Counted from the stretch's first letter, positions 1 to 9,618 are shown. The stretch is DNA of 64,000 nt from Methanotrichaceae archaeon (GCA_963748825.1 CAVVKN010000007.1:1-64000); one strand, 5' to 3'. Notes: generated from the sequence alone by a model not told the origin. Program-made: numbers and translations.

Positions 1-121
1 ATGCGGCATCACAGACTTTCACCGCAAGACTTACTGCGTGGTAGTGACCAGTACAGAGCAGCAGCGTGCCGCCTGGTTGGATGATGTCCGGGCGATAGTT
101 GATGAAAATTTCCCAAGATGA
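1..121 (+). CDS. 3' end of NAD(P)H-dependent oxidoreductase (flavodoxin-like fold), partial at window edge
   Basis: Frame from base 2 reads CGITDFHRKTYCVVVTSTEQQRAAWLDDVRAIVDENFPR*, resembling the C-terminus of Flavodoxin_2 quinone reductases. Confidence 0.55.
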   Translation, partial: CGITDFHRKTYCVVVTSTEQQRAAWLDDVRAIVDENFPR

Positions 122-196
122 GATTCTTGTGGACGAGATTTGCGGGGTTTAGCGACAGAAGGGCATTTCGAAGTTAGGTGACTGGGAGGAAAAACG

Positions 197-2092
197 ATGA
201 AGAGCTGCAATCTGTTAGAAGATCTAAAGAAGACCTGGCCAGAGAAGTTCGCATCAGAAGAGCAGATATTCAGCCATATCCATGCCGGCGATAAGATCTT
301 CATAGGCACGGGTTGCGGCGAACCCCAATACATGGTCCAGTCTCTGGTGAACTTCGTAACCATTAATCCCAAAGCGTTTTTCGGTATCGAGATCATACAC
401 GTTTGGACGGTGGGCGCTGCTCCTTACATGGACGAAAAATTTCGCGACAACTTCCGGATCGACTCATTCTTCATAAGCGAAGGCACGAGAAATGCGATCA
501 ACAGAGGCGCAGCAGACTACACGCCCATTTCTCTTTCCGCCGTTCCCGGCCTCTTTCGAAGGGAGATAATACCAATAGACGTAGCGCTAATCCAGACATC
601 TCCTCCCGATAAGCACGGATACATGAGCCTGGGAATAAGCGTAGATATCGTAAAGGCTGCCACCCAGAAGGCATCGCTGATCGTGGCCCAGATAAACTCC
701 CATATGCCTCGCACGCAGGGTGATGGATTCATAAATATAAAAGATGTAGATTTCATTATTCCTCACGATGAACCATTGCTGGAGTATACGGTAGAAGATC
801 CAGGGGACAGGATCAAAGCGATAGGCAAATATGTTGCCCGGATCATCGAGGATGAATCTACGCTGCAGGTTGGATATGGCATCATACCCAATGCAGTGGT
901 TGCATTCCTGGGCGAGAAAAAGCATCTTGGTGTACATACTGAGCTCTTAAGCGACGGCATCATTGATTTGATGCAAAAAGGCGTGGTTGATAACACCAAG
1001 AAGTCCATCGATACGGGAAAGACTGTAGCATCCTATTGCATGGGCAATATTGAAACTTACGAGTTCCTGGATGAGAATCCAACCGTTTCCTTTAGAACCA
1101 TCGATTATGTCAACAACCCATTGATTATTGCCAAGAATAAGTTGATGACCGCGATCAACAGCGCCATGGAGATTGATTTAACCGGTCAGGCTACTGCAGA
1201 ATCACTGGCCGGGACATTCTACTTCGGCATCGGCGGCCAGGCAGATTTCATGAGAGGCGCTGCGCTTGCGCCGGGCGGCAAGAGCATCCTGGCCCTTCCC
1301 TCAACTGCCGTCAACGACACCATTTCGAGGATAGTGCCATCCCTCCGGGAGGGGACAGGAGTGACTTTTACCCGAGGGGATGTGCACTATGTAGTAACTG
1401 AGTACGGCATAGCATATCTGCACGGCAAGAACATCAGAGAGCGCGCCATGGATCTTATTGCTATTGCCCATCCCAAGTTTCGGCCGTGGCTCATTGATGA
1501 GGCCAGGAGGCTTTTGCTCATCTACAAAGATCAAGCGTTCGTACCCGGGGTGAATGGGGTGTACCCGGTGGCTTTGGAGACATTCAGGACAACCAGGAGC
1601 GGGCTGCGTCTTCTCCTCAGGCCGGTGAAGATCGGAGACGAGCCCTTGATGAAGGACTTTTTCTATGCCCTTTCCAATGAGAGCATGTACAAGAGGTTCA
1701 TGTCCGTTCGGATGGACATGCCCCATGAGCGGCTGCAGGATTTCGGGGTAGTGGACTATGCAGATAGTATGATGATCCTGGCCATTGTAGAGGGGGACCG
1801 CAGAGAAACCATCGCCGCAATTGGACAATATGAGATAAATAAGAAGATGCATACCGCCGAGGTTGCGCTGGTGGTAAAGGATGAATATCAAAATATGGGC
1901 GTAGGACACGATCTGCTCCTTTATCTCACTCGCCTGGCCAGGCGGAGGGGGCTGCTGGGGTTTACGGCCGAGGTCTTAGTTGAAAATAAGCCCATGCTCA
2001 ATCTCTTTAAAAATATGGGATTTGATACGCAGAAGACAAGTGAGGAAGGGGTCTACGAAATGAGCATGAGGTTCGGAGATCTTGATGGTTAG
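197..2092 (+). CDS. Acetyl-CoA hydrolase/transferase (4-hydroxybutyrate CoA-transferase-like) fused to C-terminal GNAT acetyltransferase, copy 1
   Basis: 631 aa; LQVGYG, HLGVHTE, GIGGQADF and VVTEYGIA CoA-transferase motifs; C-terminal AEVALVVKDEYQNMGVG...VLVENKPM GNAT motifs; GGAGG RBS. Confidence 0.9.
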   Translation: MKSCNLLEDLKKTWPEKFASEEQIFSHIHAGDKIFIGTGCGEPQYMVQSLVNFVTINPKAFFGIEIIHVWTVGAAPYMDEKFRDNFRIDSFFISEGTRNAINRGAADYTPISLSAVPGLFRREIIPIDVALIQTSPPDKHGYMSLGISVDIVKAATQKASLIVAQINSHMPRTQGDGFINIKDVDFIIPHDEPLLEYTVEDPGDRIKAIGKYVARIIEDESTLQVGYGIIPNAVVAFLGEKKHLGVHTELLSDGIIDLMQKGVVDNTKKSIDTGKTVASYCMGNIETYEFLDENPTVSFRTIDYVNNPLIIAKNKLMTAINSAMEIDLTGQATAESLAGTFYFGIGGQADFMRGAALAPGGKSILALPSTAVNDTISRIVPSLREGTGVTFTRGDVHYVVTEYGIAYLHGKNIRERAMDLIAIAHPKFRPWLIDEARRLLLIYKDQAFVPGVNGVYPVALETFRTTRSGLRLLLRPVKIGDEPLMKDFFYALSNESMYKRFMSVRMDMPHERLQDFGVVDYADSMMILAIVEGDRRETIAAIGQYEINKKMHTAEVALVVKDEYQNMGVGHDLLLYLTRLARRRGLLGFTAEVLVENKPMLNLFKNMGFDTQKTSEEGVYEMSMRFGDLDG

Positions 2093-2440
2093 CTTTCTGG
2101 GATGTGGGCTGCGACAAAAATCGGCCCGGAGCCGGAAGAAGTCGATCCGTTTGATAGTCTCATCTGCGGACGCGATCAATACTGATACTGAGCCATGTTA
2201 TGTTAGGTCTTTCACAGCCCATCTCCTTTAATAGTATCACGACCCAGTGAAGCGTGCCTTTAAGCCCTGGCAAAGCTTGTGGCGTTCTTATCAAGTTACT
2301 GGTTCAAGCCGGTTACGGAGTAGTTGAACATTTGGCCAAAAGTCCAGTCGTATTCCGTGACCGTCGTTTTCGTCTTGTCCCTCACGGCTTTGAAGTGGAA
2401 CTACCGGCGAGAAAATAGATATACTAGAAGGAGATTGGCA

Positions 2441-2515
2441 ATGAAGGCATTAAGTGGCATATACCTGGCGGCTCGAACTGCCCGAGATATCGAAACCCTG
2501 GTCCGCGGCAGATGA
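2441..2515 (+). CDS. Micro-ORF 1, 24 aa (MKALSGIYLAARTARDIETLVRGR)
   Basis: AGGAG RBS and AT-rich stretch upstream; repeated at 5417-5491. Confidence 0.35.
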   Translation: MKALSGIYLAARTARDIETLVRGR

Positions 2516-2519
2516 TGAT

Positions 2520-2606
2520 ATGGCTGACAAAAACCGAGCCCAAGGCAAAAGCAAAAAAGCGCTGACTAAAAAGGCAAAGCTAAAAAAGAAGGAAGTGAAA
2601 TCATGA
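2520..2606 (+). CDS. Micro-ORF 2, 28 aa Lys-rich peptide (MADKNRAQGKSKKALTKKAKLKKKEVKS)
   Basis: Purine-rich coding-like sequence; ATGA overlap with next ORF; repeated at 5496-5582. Confidence 0.4.
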   Translation: MADKNRAQGKSKKALTKKAKLKKKEVKS

Positions 2607-2740
2607 GTGAAGCTAGAGACCGAAAAATGAAACGCGAGCGCAAATTCGAAATGCAGAAGGCCGAAAAAGTCCTGCGAGCGTGCAGGAGCAGGAGAGGCTA
2701 TGAGCTCTTTCAAGAGCCAGAGAAGAAAAAGCCAAAATAG
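2603..2740 (+). CDS. Micro-ORF 3, 45 aa basic peptide (MSEARDRKMKRERKFEMQKAEKVLRACRSRRGYELFQEPEKKKPK)
   Basis: Translationally coupled (ATGA) to ORF 2 and followed by a T-rich tract; repeated at 5579-5716. Confidence 0.45.
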   Translation: MSEARDRKMKRERKFEMQKAEKVLRACRSRRGYELFQEPEKKKPK

Positions 2741-2974
2741 GAGCGAGATGGGCTATTTGGGCGGCTCTTCTTTTTTCCCTGATTACTTTCGCATCGAATT
2801 TGGCAATTTTTAATGCCATTAAGTACCGGGGGAGAGGCCCATCTTGACAGGAGCGGCCTTATTGCTATCTTTTTCCGCCAAGTTCTGCAGGAATTCGATC
2901 TGCTCCTACCGGCACGATCTTCTTGTAGTGTTCCTCAGGTGCTGTACAGGTCCTGGCCGCCCAGCTCCTCCGTC

Positions 2975-3023
2975 GCGCGCAGGTCCGCACGAGCGGCTAC
3001 GTGCCCGCCTGCCCGCGCACGGG
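2975..3023 (+). repeat. GC-rich dispersed hairpin motif, copy 1
   Basis: gcgcgcaggtccgcacgagcggctacgtgcccgcctgcccgcgcacggg; matches copies at 7595, 8878 and 9619. Confidence 0.85.
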
Positions 3024-3036
3024 TGTCATCGTGCGA

Positions 3037-5957
3037 AGCGTGCCGCCTGGTTGGATGATGTCCGGGCGATAGTTGATGAAAATTTCCCAAGATGAGATTC
3101 TTGTGGACGAGATTTGCGGGGTTTAGCGACAGAAGGGCATTTCGAAGTTAGGTGACTGGGAGGAAAAACGATGAAGAGCTGCAATCTGTTAGAGGATTTA
3201 AAGAAGACCTGGCCAGAGAAGTTCGCATCAGAAGAAGAGATATTCAGCCATATCCATGCCGGCGATAAGATCTTCATAGGCACGGGCTGCGGCGAACCCC
3301 AATACCTGGTCCAGTCTCTGGTGAACTTCGTAAGCATTAATCCCAAAGCGTTTTTCGGTATCGAGATCATACACGTTTGGACGGTGGGCGCTGCTCCTTA
3401 CATGGACGAAAAATTTCGCGACAACTTCCGGATCGACTCATTCTTCATAAGCGAAGGCACGAGAAATGCGATCAACAGAGGCGCAGCAGACTACACGCCC
3501 ATTTCTCTTTCCGCCGTTCCCGGTCTCTTCCGAAGGGAGATAATACCAATAGACGTAGCGTTAATCCAGACATCTCCTCCCGATAAGCACGGATACATGA
3601 GCCTGGGAATAAGCGTAGATATCGTAAAGGCTGCCACCCAGAAGGCATCGCTGATCGTGGCCCAGATAAACTCCCATATGCCTCGCACGCAGGGTGATGG
3701 ATTCATAAATATAAAAGATGTAGATTTCATTATTCCTCACGATGAACCATTGCTGGAGTATACGGTAGAAGATCCAGGGGACAGGATCAAAGCGATAGGC
3801 AAATATGTTGCCCGGATCATCGAGGATGAATCTACGCTGCAGGTTGGATATGGCATCATACCCAATGCAGTGGTTGCATTCCTGGGCGAGAAAAAGCATC
3901 TTGGGGTACATACTGAGCTCTTAAGCGACGGCATCATTGATTTGATGCAAAAAGGCGTGGTTGATAACACCAAGAAGTCCATAGATACGGGAAAGACTGT
4001 AGCATCCTATTGCATGGGCAATATTGAAACTTACGAGTTCCTGGATGAGAATCCAACCGTTTCCTTTAGAACCATCGATTATGTCAACAACCCATTGATT
4101 ATTGCCAAGAATAAGTTGATGACCGCGATCAACAGCGCCATGGAGATTGATTTAACCGGTCAGGCTACTGCAGAATCACTGGCCGGGACATTCTACTTCG
4201 GCATCGGCGGCCAGGCAGATTTCATGAGAGGCGCTGCGCTTGCGCCGGGCGGCAAGAGCATCCTGGCCCTTCCCTCAACTGCCGTCAACGACACTATTTC
4301 GAGGATAGTGCCATCCCTCCGGGAGGGGACAGGAGTGACTTTTACCCGAGGGGATGTGCACTATGTAGTAACTGAGTACGGCATAGCATATCTGCACGGC
4401 AAGAACATCAGAGAGCGCGCCATGGACCTTATTGCTATTGCCCATCCCAAGTTTCGGCCGTGGCTCATTGATGAGGCCAGGAAGCTTTTGCTCATCTACA
4501 AAGATCAAGCGTTCGTACCCGGGGTGAATGGGGTGTACCCTGTGGCTTTAGAGACATTCAGGACAACCAGGAGCGGGCTGCGTCTTCTCCTCAGGCCGGT
4601 GAAGATCGGAGACGAGCCCTTGATGAAGGACTTTTTCTATGCCCTTTCCAATGAGAGCATGTACAAGAGGTTCATGTCCGTTCGGATGGACATGCCCCAT
4701 GAGCGGCTGCAGGATTTCGGGGTAGTGGACTATGCAGATAGTATGATGATCCTGGCCATTGTAGAGGGGGACCGCAGAGAAACCATCGCCGCAATTGGAC
4801 AATATGAGATAAATAAGAAGATGCACACCGCCGAGGTTGCGCTGGTGGTAAAGGATGAGTATCAAAATATGGGCGTAGGACACGATTTGCTCCTTTATCT
4901 CACTCGTCTGGCCAGGCGGAGGGGGCTGCTGGGGTTTACGGCCGAGGTCTTAGTTGAGAATAAGCCGATGCTCAATCTCTTTAAAAATATGGGATTTGAT
5001 ACGCAGAAGACAAGTGAGGAAGGGGTCTACGAATTGAGCATGAGGTTCGGAGATCTTGATGGTTAGCTTTCCGGGGCTGTGGGCTGCGACAAAAAATCGG
5101 CCCGGAGCCGGAAGATGTCGATCCGTTTGATAGTCTCATCTGCGGACGCGATCAATACTGATACTGAGCCATGTTATGTTAGGTCTTTCACAGCCCATCT
5201 CCTTTAATAGTATCACGACCCAGTGAAGCGTGCCTTTAAGCCCTGGCAAAGCTTGTGGCGTTCTTATCAAGTTACTGGTTCAAGCCGGTTACGGAGTAGT
5301 CGAACATTTGGCCAAAAGTCCAGTCGTATTCCGTGACCGTCGTTTTCGTCTTGTCCCTCACGGCTTTGAAGAGGAACTACCGGCGAGAAAATAGATATAC
5401 TAGAAGGAGATTGGCAATGAAGGCATTAAGTGGCATATACCTGGCGGCTCGAACTGCCCGAGATATCGAAACCCTGGTCCGCGGCAGATGATGATATGGC
5501 TGACAAAAACCGAGCCCAAGGCAAAAGCAAAAAAGCGCTGACTAAAAAGGCAAAGCTAAAAAAGAAGGAAGTGAAATCATGAGTGAAGCTAGAGACCGAA
5601 AAATGAAACGCGAGCGCAAATTCGAAATGCAGAAGGCCGAAAAAGTCCTGCGAGCGTGCAGGAGCAGGAGAGGCTATGAGCTCTTTCAAGAGCCAGAGAA
5701 GAAAAAGCCAAAATAGGAGCGAGATGGGCTATTTGGGCGGCTCTTCTTTTTTCCCTGATTACTTTCGCATCGAATTTGGCAATTTTTAATGCCATTAAGT
5801 ACCGGGGGAGAGGCCCATCTTGACAGGAGCGGCCTTATTGCTATCTTTTTCCGCCAAGTTCTGCTGGAATTCGATCTGCTCCTACCGGCACGATCTTCTT
5901 GTAGTGGTCCTCAGGTGCTGTACAGGTCCTGGCCGCCCAGCTCCTCCGTCGCGCGCA
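3037..5957 (+). repeat. Tandem duplication unit 2
   Basis: Starts inside the last ~19 codons of the upstream oxidoreductase (RAAWLDDVRAIVDENFPR*) and ends at gcgcgca, the first bases of the GC motif. Confidence 0.97.
3171..5066 (+). CDS. Acetyl-CoA hydrolase/transferase-GNAT fusion, copy 2
   Basis: 631 aa; differs from copy 1 by 5 substitutions (Q/E, M/L, T/S, R/K, M/L). Confidence 0.9.
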   Translation: MKSCNLLEDLKKTWPEKFASEEEIFSHIHAGDKIFIGTGCGEPQYLVQSLVNFVSINPKAFFGIEIIHVWTVGAAPYMDEKFRDNFRIDSFFISEGTRNAINRGAADYTPISLSAVPGLFRREIIPIDVALIQTSPPDKHGYMSLGISVDIVKAATQKASLIVAQINSHMPRTQGDGFINIKDVDFIIPHDEPLLEYTVEDPGDRIKAIGKYVARIIEDESTLQVGYGIIPNAVVAFLGEKKHLGVHTELLSDGIIDLMQKGVVDNTKKSIDTGKTVASYCMGNIETYEFLDENPTVSFRTIDYVNNPLIIAKNKLMTAINSAMEIDLTGQATAESLAGTFYFGIGGQADFMRGAALAPGGKSILALPSTAVNDTISRIVPSLREGTGVTFTRGDVHYVVTEYGIAYLHGKNIRERAMDLIAIAHPKFRPWLIDEARKLLLIYKDQAFVPGVNGVYPVALETFRTTRSGLRLLLRPVKIGDEPLMKDFFYALSNESMYKRFMSVRMDMPHERLQDFGVVDYADSMMILAIVEGDRRETIAAIGQYEINKKMHTAEVALVVKDEYQNMGVGHDLLLYLTRLARRRGLLGFTAEVLVENKPMLNLFKNMGFDTQKTSEEGVYELSMRFGDLDG

Positions 5958-6062
5958 TGCAGACAAGAGATGTTCCACCCTCACGAAATCTTGATTTATC
6001 TTTTATTCTTTTTATATTTTGGTTGTCCAAAAATTATGCATTTCAAACCCCAATATATCATT

Positions 6063-6113
6063 TTACATGCAGTCCAAGTAGGACTACCAAATGTTGGAGT
6101 CTATGAAGATCAG
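6063..6113 (-). pseudogene. vapC: VapC (PIN) toxin 5' remnant
   Basis: Reads (L)IFIDSNIW*SYLD overlapping the antitoxin stop; IDSN is the typical PIN N-terminal motif. Confidence 0.55.
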
Positions 6114-6330
6114 GCGTCCCATATTCTCTTTACCTCAAGAGGATCGATTTTGGATCGCTCAACACATCCCTTCAGCTCCGTCTCGAATTGGGTTATATCA
6201 ATTATGGGCTTAATCACCACATTTCCATCAACAAGTCTCACTTCCACTTCATTCCATCTTTCAAACCTGCTTTTTGGATTATATTTTTAGGAAGGGAAAG
6301 CATATCGCCTACAAGTTTGGCTTTAATCAT
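6110..6330 (-). pseudogene. AbrB/MazE/SpoVT-family antitoxin (VapB-like), 1-nt frameshift near 6255
   Basis: Restoring one A gives MIKAKLVGDMLSLPKNIIQKAGLKDGNEVEVRLVDGNVVIKPI...KRIWDA, an AbrB swapped-hairpin pattern. Confidence 0.7.
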
Positions 6331-6369
6331 CCACACATCTCCACTCAGCATTTGTGTATCCAAACTTAA

Positions 6370-7209
6370 TTAATCCGGTCTTCTTACTCCGTTGTAGGCT
6401 CTGCGCTTAAAGGAGACTTCAACATCTACATCTAAAATTTGTCTTTGAAGCTTCGGCAATACATCTTGGAGGTATGTCCCGCACACATCTATGCTCTGGC
6501 CTCTCCAGGCTCGATTTACCTTTATAATTAACGGATTTGAGTTATCCTTTGATCGAGAGACAAAAAATCCACCGTTCTCAGCTATTCTTGCAAATAGTTG
6601 ATATTTATAGAAACCAAGATCGATAAGCAAAATTTTCCCTTTTATCCAGGGGCCGACTCTGATGGTCTTAAGCTCATTAGTGCGTTCTTTGTATATAGAA
6701 ATGCTTTCCGGGGTGTTTCCAACTGCACTGACAAGAACCGCGATCTTAAGGCCGGCAGCTTCTCCTTTGGATCGAGCAGCCGGATAGAGTTTGGCCAGAC
6801 TTGTATGAAGCCGAACTATCGTACTATCCTGAATCAATACATCTTGGAACTTTACTAATTTTTTGTTAAGATTATGGCTTTGTTCTTTGGCAAGGTATTC
6901 AATTCCATGAATAACGCATGCTTTGAGAAAAGCAACGAGTTCTGGAGTAAAGCGGTAATACCAGCTACTATCGCTTAATTTCTCGTGAGCTTCTTTCTCA
7001 TAACTTCGTTTCAGACTGGCTAGTGTTCTCTGAAGACGGACCCCAAAACTCAAAGTCAAAACCCAAAACATGACGACTGCATCTATCTTGCGTTCACGTT
7101 TTATTAAACCAGTATCTATTGCGGTCTTCCTTAAAAATTCAGGCGAAAACATCGTGCATAGATCTTTCTCTATGAAGCTCTGCTCTGCTTTCGAGCAATC
7201 TGTTGCCAT
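6370..7209 (-). pseudogene. IS4-family (ISH8-like) transposase, C-terminally truncated
   Basis: RERKID, IQDSTIVRL and LLIDLGFY DDE motifs; only 279 aa, ends before the third catalytic residue/YREK region. Confidence 0.85.
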
Positions 7210-7342
7210 TTGCTACCCCTTCGAGGGGAGAATTAGATCACAGCACCTATATATAACTAAACTTGAAATAAAAATACCCTAAGTACAAAAAGGATAAGAT
7301 TGTGCAACATCCATCCTAAATGTCCTTAACCGATGACCGATG
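6374..7342 (-). mobile_element. Partial IS4-family element with one terminal end
   Basis: End at 7342 reads CATCGGTCATCGGTTAAGGAC on the minus strand (CAT-type terminus) and abuts the vapC start of the second vapBC copy; no matching second IR seen. Confidence 0.7.
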
Positions 7343-7549
7343 GGAGTCTATGAAGATCAGGCGTCCCATATTCTCTTTACCTCAAGAGGATCGATTTTGG
7401 ATCGCTCAACACATCCCTTCAGCTCCGTCTCGAATTGGGTTATGTCAATTATGGGCTTAATCACCACATTTCCATCAACAAGTCTCACTTCCACTTCATT
7501 CCAGATCCACACATCTCCACTCAGCATTTGTGTATCCAAACTTAATTAA
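7343..7549 (-). pseudogene. Second, internally deleted copy of the vapB(C) relic (direct repeat of 6096-6373)
   Basis: Near-identical to 6096-6373 but missing ~70 bp (6257-6328). Confidence 0.85.
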
Positions 7550-7594
7550 ATCTCTCTTTGAAGCGGCAGCTCATCCAAAAGCGAAATACAGCCT

Positions 7595-7654
7595 GCGCTC
7601 GCAGGCCCGGCCCGAGCGGCCACGCACCCGCCTGCCCAGCGCGCGCGGGAGCCC
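7595..7654 (+). repeat. GC-rich dispersed hairpin motif, copy 2
   Basis: gcgctcgcaggcccggcccgagcggccacgcacccgcctgcccagcgcgcgcgggagccc. Confidence 0.85.
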
Positions 7655-7825
7655 GGCATAGCGGACATCCTTGCTATCCTGCAGACGGAATCATCAAGGC
7701 TGAATCTGGCAATTGTGGCTGTCTGTCAGGGCCACAATGAAATCCAGGAGGCCCTCTTGAAGAATAGCTTGCAGATCATCGAATCTTGAATTCCGGTTTG
7801 CCAGTGTTTTTCTGGCATACCACAG

Positions 7826-8233
7826 TTACACTGTATCCCGGCCAGGTCCCCACTCATCCCCCACCTCAAAGCCTTCGAGGGTGACTTTGAACCTATTGAT
7901 CACGAAATCAATGACCGCCCGGCCACGCAGATCTATACCGGATCCCTCATCGAGCAGTTCCTCATAGAGCTCTTTGGTCACTTCCTCATAGTCATAGTAT
8001 GAATATTCCAGGTTAACGCTATCCTGTATCTGCTTTTGTAGCCTAACGATGGCGTTTTTCATGAGTACGTAGTTTTCCTCTACAGGAGTGTCTAAACCTA
8101 GCTCAGAAAATTTGCTGTCGAGTGCCTGCATACATTCGTAATGGTTGCCACCTAATGCATCAATAATGCCTTTCTTTACGGAAGCTACTTCATTCTCATC
8201 CGCTGTTTGCTCATTTTCCTGCATTCCTATCAC
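7826..8233 (-). CDS. Hypothetical acidic protein (135 aa)
   Basis: Open frame with plausible composition and purine-rich RBS-like upstream sequence; no family recognised. Confidence 0.6.
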   Translation of the reverse strand: MIGMQENEQTADENEVASVKKGIIDALGGNHYECMQALDSKFSELGLDTPVEENYVLMKNAIVRLQKQIQDSVNLEYSYYDYEEVTKELYEELLDEGSGIDLRGRAVIDFVINRFKVTLEGFEVGDEWGPGRDTV

Positions 8234-8356
8234 TTCCTTTCTTCTTGATTATCTCTATAATTCTCTTAGATTTTCTGAGCAAATTCAAAATTTTAAGGAA
8301 ATCGCTAGGCAGAGATCAGAATGGATAAGAAAAAGTCTTTTGAATCCCTGCCCGAT

Positions 8357-8572
8357 TCATTCTTGCGATTGCTTAGTTTGTGCTTCAGCCTTTACATCGG
8401 CTTTCGCCTTATCCAAATCAGCTTTTGTATGGGCCATCTTCTTCTCTACTTCAGCTTTCGCCTTCTCAACTTCAGCCTTTACATCGGCAAATCCTTTCTC
8501 TGCATCAGCCTTTGCATAAGCCAGCTTCTTCTCTATCTCAGTCTTTGCCTTCTCTACCGTATAATTTGTCAT
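8357..8572 (-). CDS. Small Lys/Ala/Glu-rich repetitive helical protein (LEA/stress-protein-like)
   Basis: 71 aa with repeated AKA(E/D)VEK units; GGAGG RBS upstream. Confidence 0.7.
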   Translation of the reverse strand: MTNYTVEKAKTEIEKKLAYAKADAEKGFADVKAEVEKAKAEVEKKMAHTKADLDKAKADVKAEAQTKQSQE

Positions 8573-8877
8573 TTTTTGAATCCTCCTTTTGTGCTTATGA
8601 TCTAAATACGGCTTCTCTGAATTTAAATTTTTTTAATTTAGGAATTACTATATATGTACAATACATAAACACAAATCCAGAAATGTTCAAAATTTCTTTG
8701 ACACTATCTGGACTGGTGGCCAAAATGCTAAAGGTTAACGCTGCAATAATCAAAAGGAGCGGGCATGCTCAAAGCCAGCGGTCGCCAGGTAGATCCTAAT
8801 GGTCTTGTCAGCCAGTCCCTCCCGGAGCTGGCTGTAGCGGCAATTGAGCTGTTCGGAGACGGCACCCCAGCATTCGT

Positions 8878-8938
8878 GCGAAGCGGGCCCATCCGAGCGG
8901 CCACGGCCCGGCGCCCGCCTGCCCGCACGCGGGAGGCC
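8878..8938 (+). repeat. GC-rich dispersed hairpin motif, copy 3
   Basis: gcgaagcgggcccatccgagcggccacggcccggcgcccgcctgcccgcacgcgggaggcc. Confidence 0.8.
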
Positions 8939-9112
8939 GATTGAGTGGCGTCCTGCTTGAACCCAAGCCCTGCTTTCAAACCATTATCTGTAACTGGTGA
9001 TGCGGATATAATCACGACGACGAAATCCATTAGATCTAGATGCCCATTCGTCCGGGGAGCCGAAAGCGAGCTATTGCGAAATAACTTTAAATCCGAAGCT
9101 TACAACAATTAA

Positions 9113-9364
9113 ATGGTTGATTCACTCATGGAAAAGCTGCATTTGCCAATTCTTATCGAAATCGATGAAGACGGCTTGTACATAGTTAGCTGCCCGCTTT
9201 TCAAGGGATGTCACTCCTGGGGCGAGACCATCGATGAAGCCATGGAGAACATAAGAGAGGTCATTGAGATGTGCCTGGAAGAGACAAAAATCGATAATCT
9301 CAATACCTTTGTTGGTTTCAGAGACCTGGAAGTAGTTCAAGATACAAAAGCTTCCTGCGATTGA
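9113..9364 (+). CDS. hicB: HicB-family antitoxin
   Basis: IEIDEDGLYIVSCPLFKGCHSWGETIDEAMENIREVIEMCLE HicB signature. Confidence 0.9.
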   Translation: MVDSLMEKLHLPILIEIDEDGLYIVSCPLFKGCHSWGETIDEAMENIREVIEMCLEETKIDNLNTFVGFRDLEVVQDTKASCD

Positions 9365-9587
9365 TGCCCAAGAACTCTTGAGATTTCTGAAATCCACTGG
9401 ATTTTCTGTTATTAGGATGAAGGGATCTCATGTACGGCTAAGATCTGTTGATGGTCGGGTGACTACTGTTCCAATTCATGGAAATAAGGAAGTGCCCAAA
9501 GGACTCTTGCGCAAAATAATCAGAGAAGATTTGGAGATGAGTCAGGAGGATTTTTTAGAGCTGTATTCAAACTTCAAGGGAAAATAA
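9342..9587 (+). CDS. hicA: HicA-family mRNA interferase toxin
   Basis: GFSVIRMKGSH and TTVPIHGNKEVPKGLLRKII motifs; homology extends upstream of the TTG at 9378 to an ATA at 9342 (IQKLPAIDAQELLRFL). Confidence 0.88.
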   Translation: MQKLPAIDAQELLRFLKSTGFSVIRMKGSHVRLRSVDGRVTTVPIHGNKEVPKGLLRKIIREDLEMSQEDFLELYSNFKGK

Positions 9588-9618
9588 GACATTAGATTGG
9601 ATCTTACACATATTTCCG

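Larger units (their letters stand above)
63..2981 (+). repeat. Tandem duplication unit 1 (~2.92 kb)
   Basis: Near-identical to 3037-5957 (offset 2974-2976) with scattered SNPs. Confidence 0.97.
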
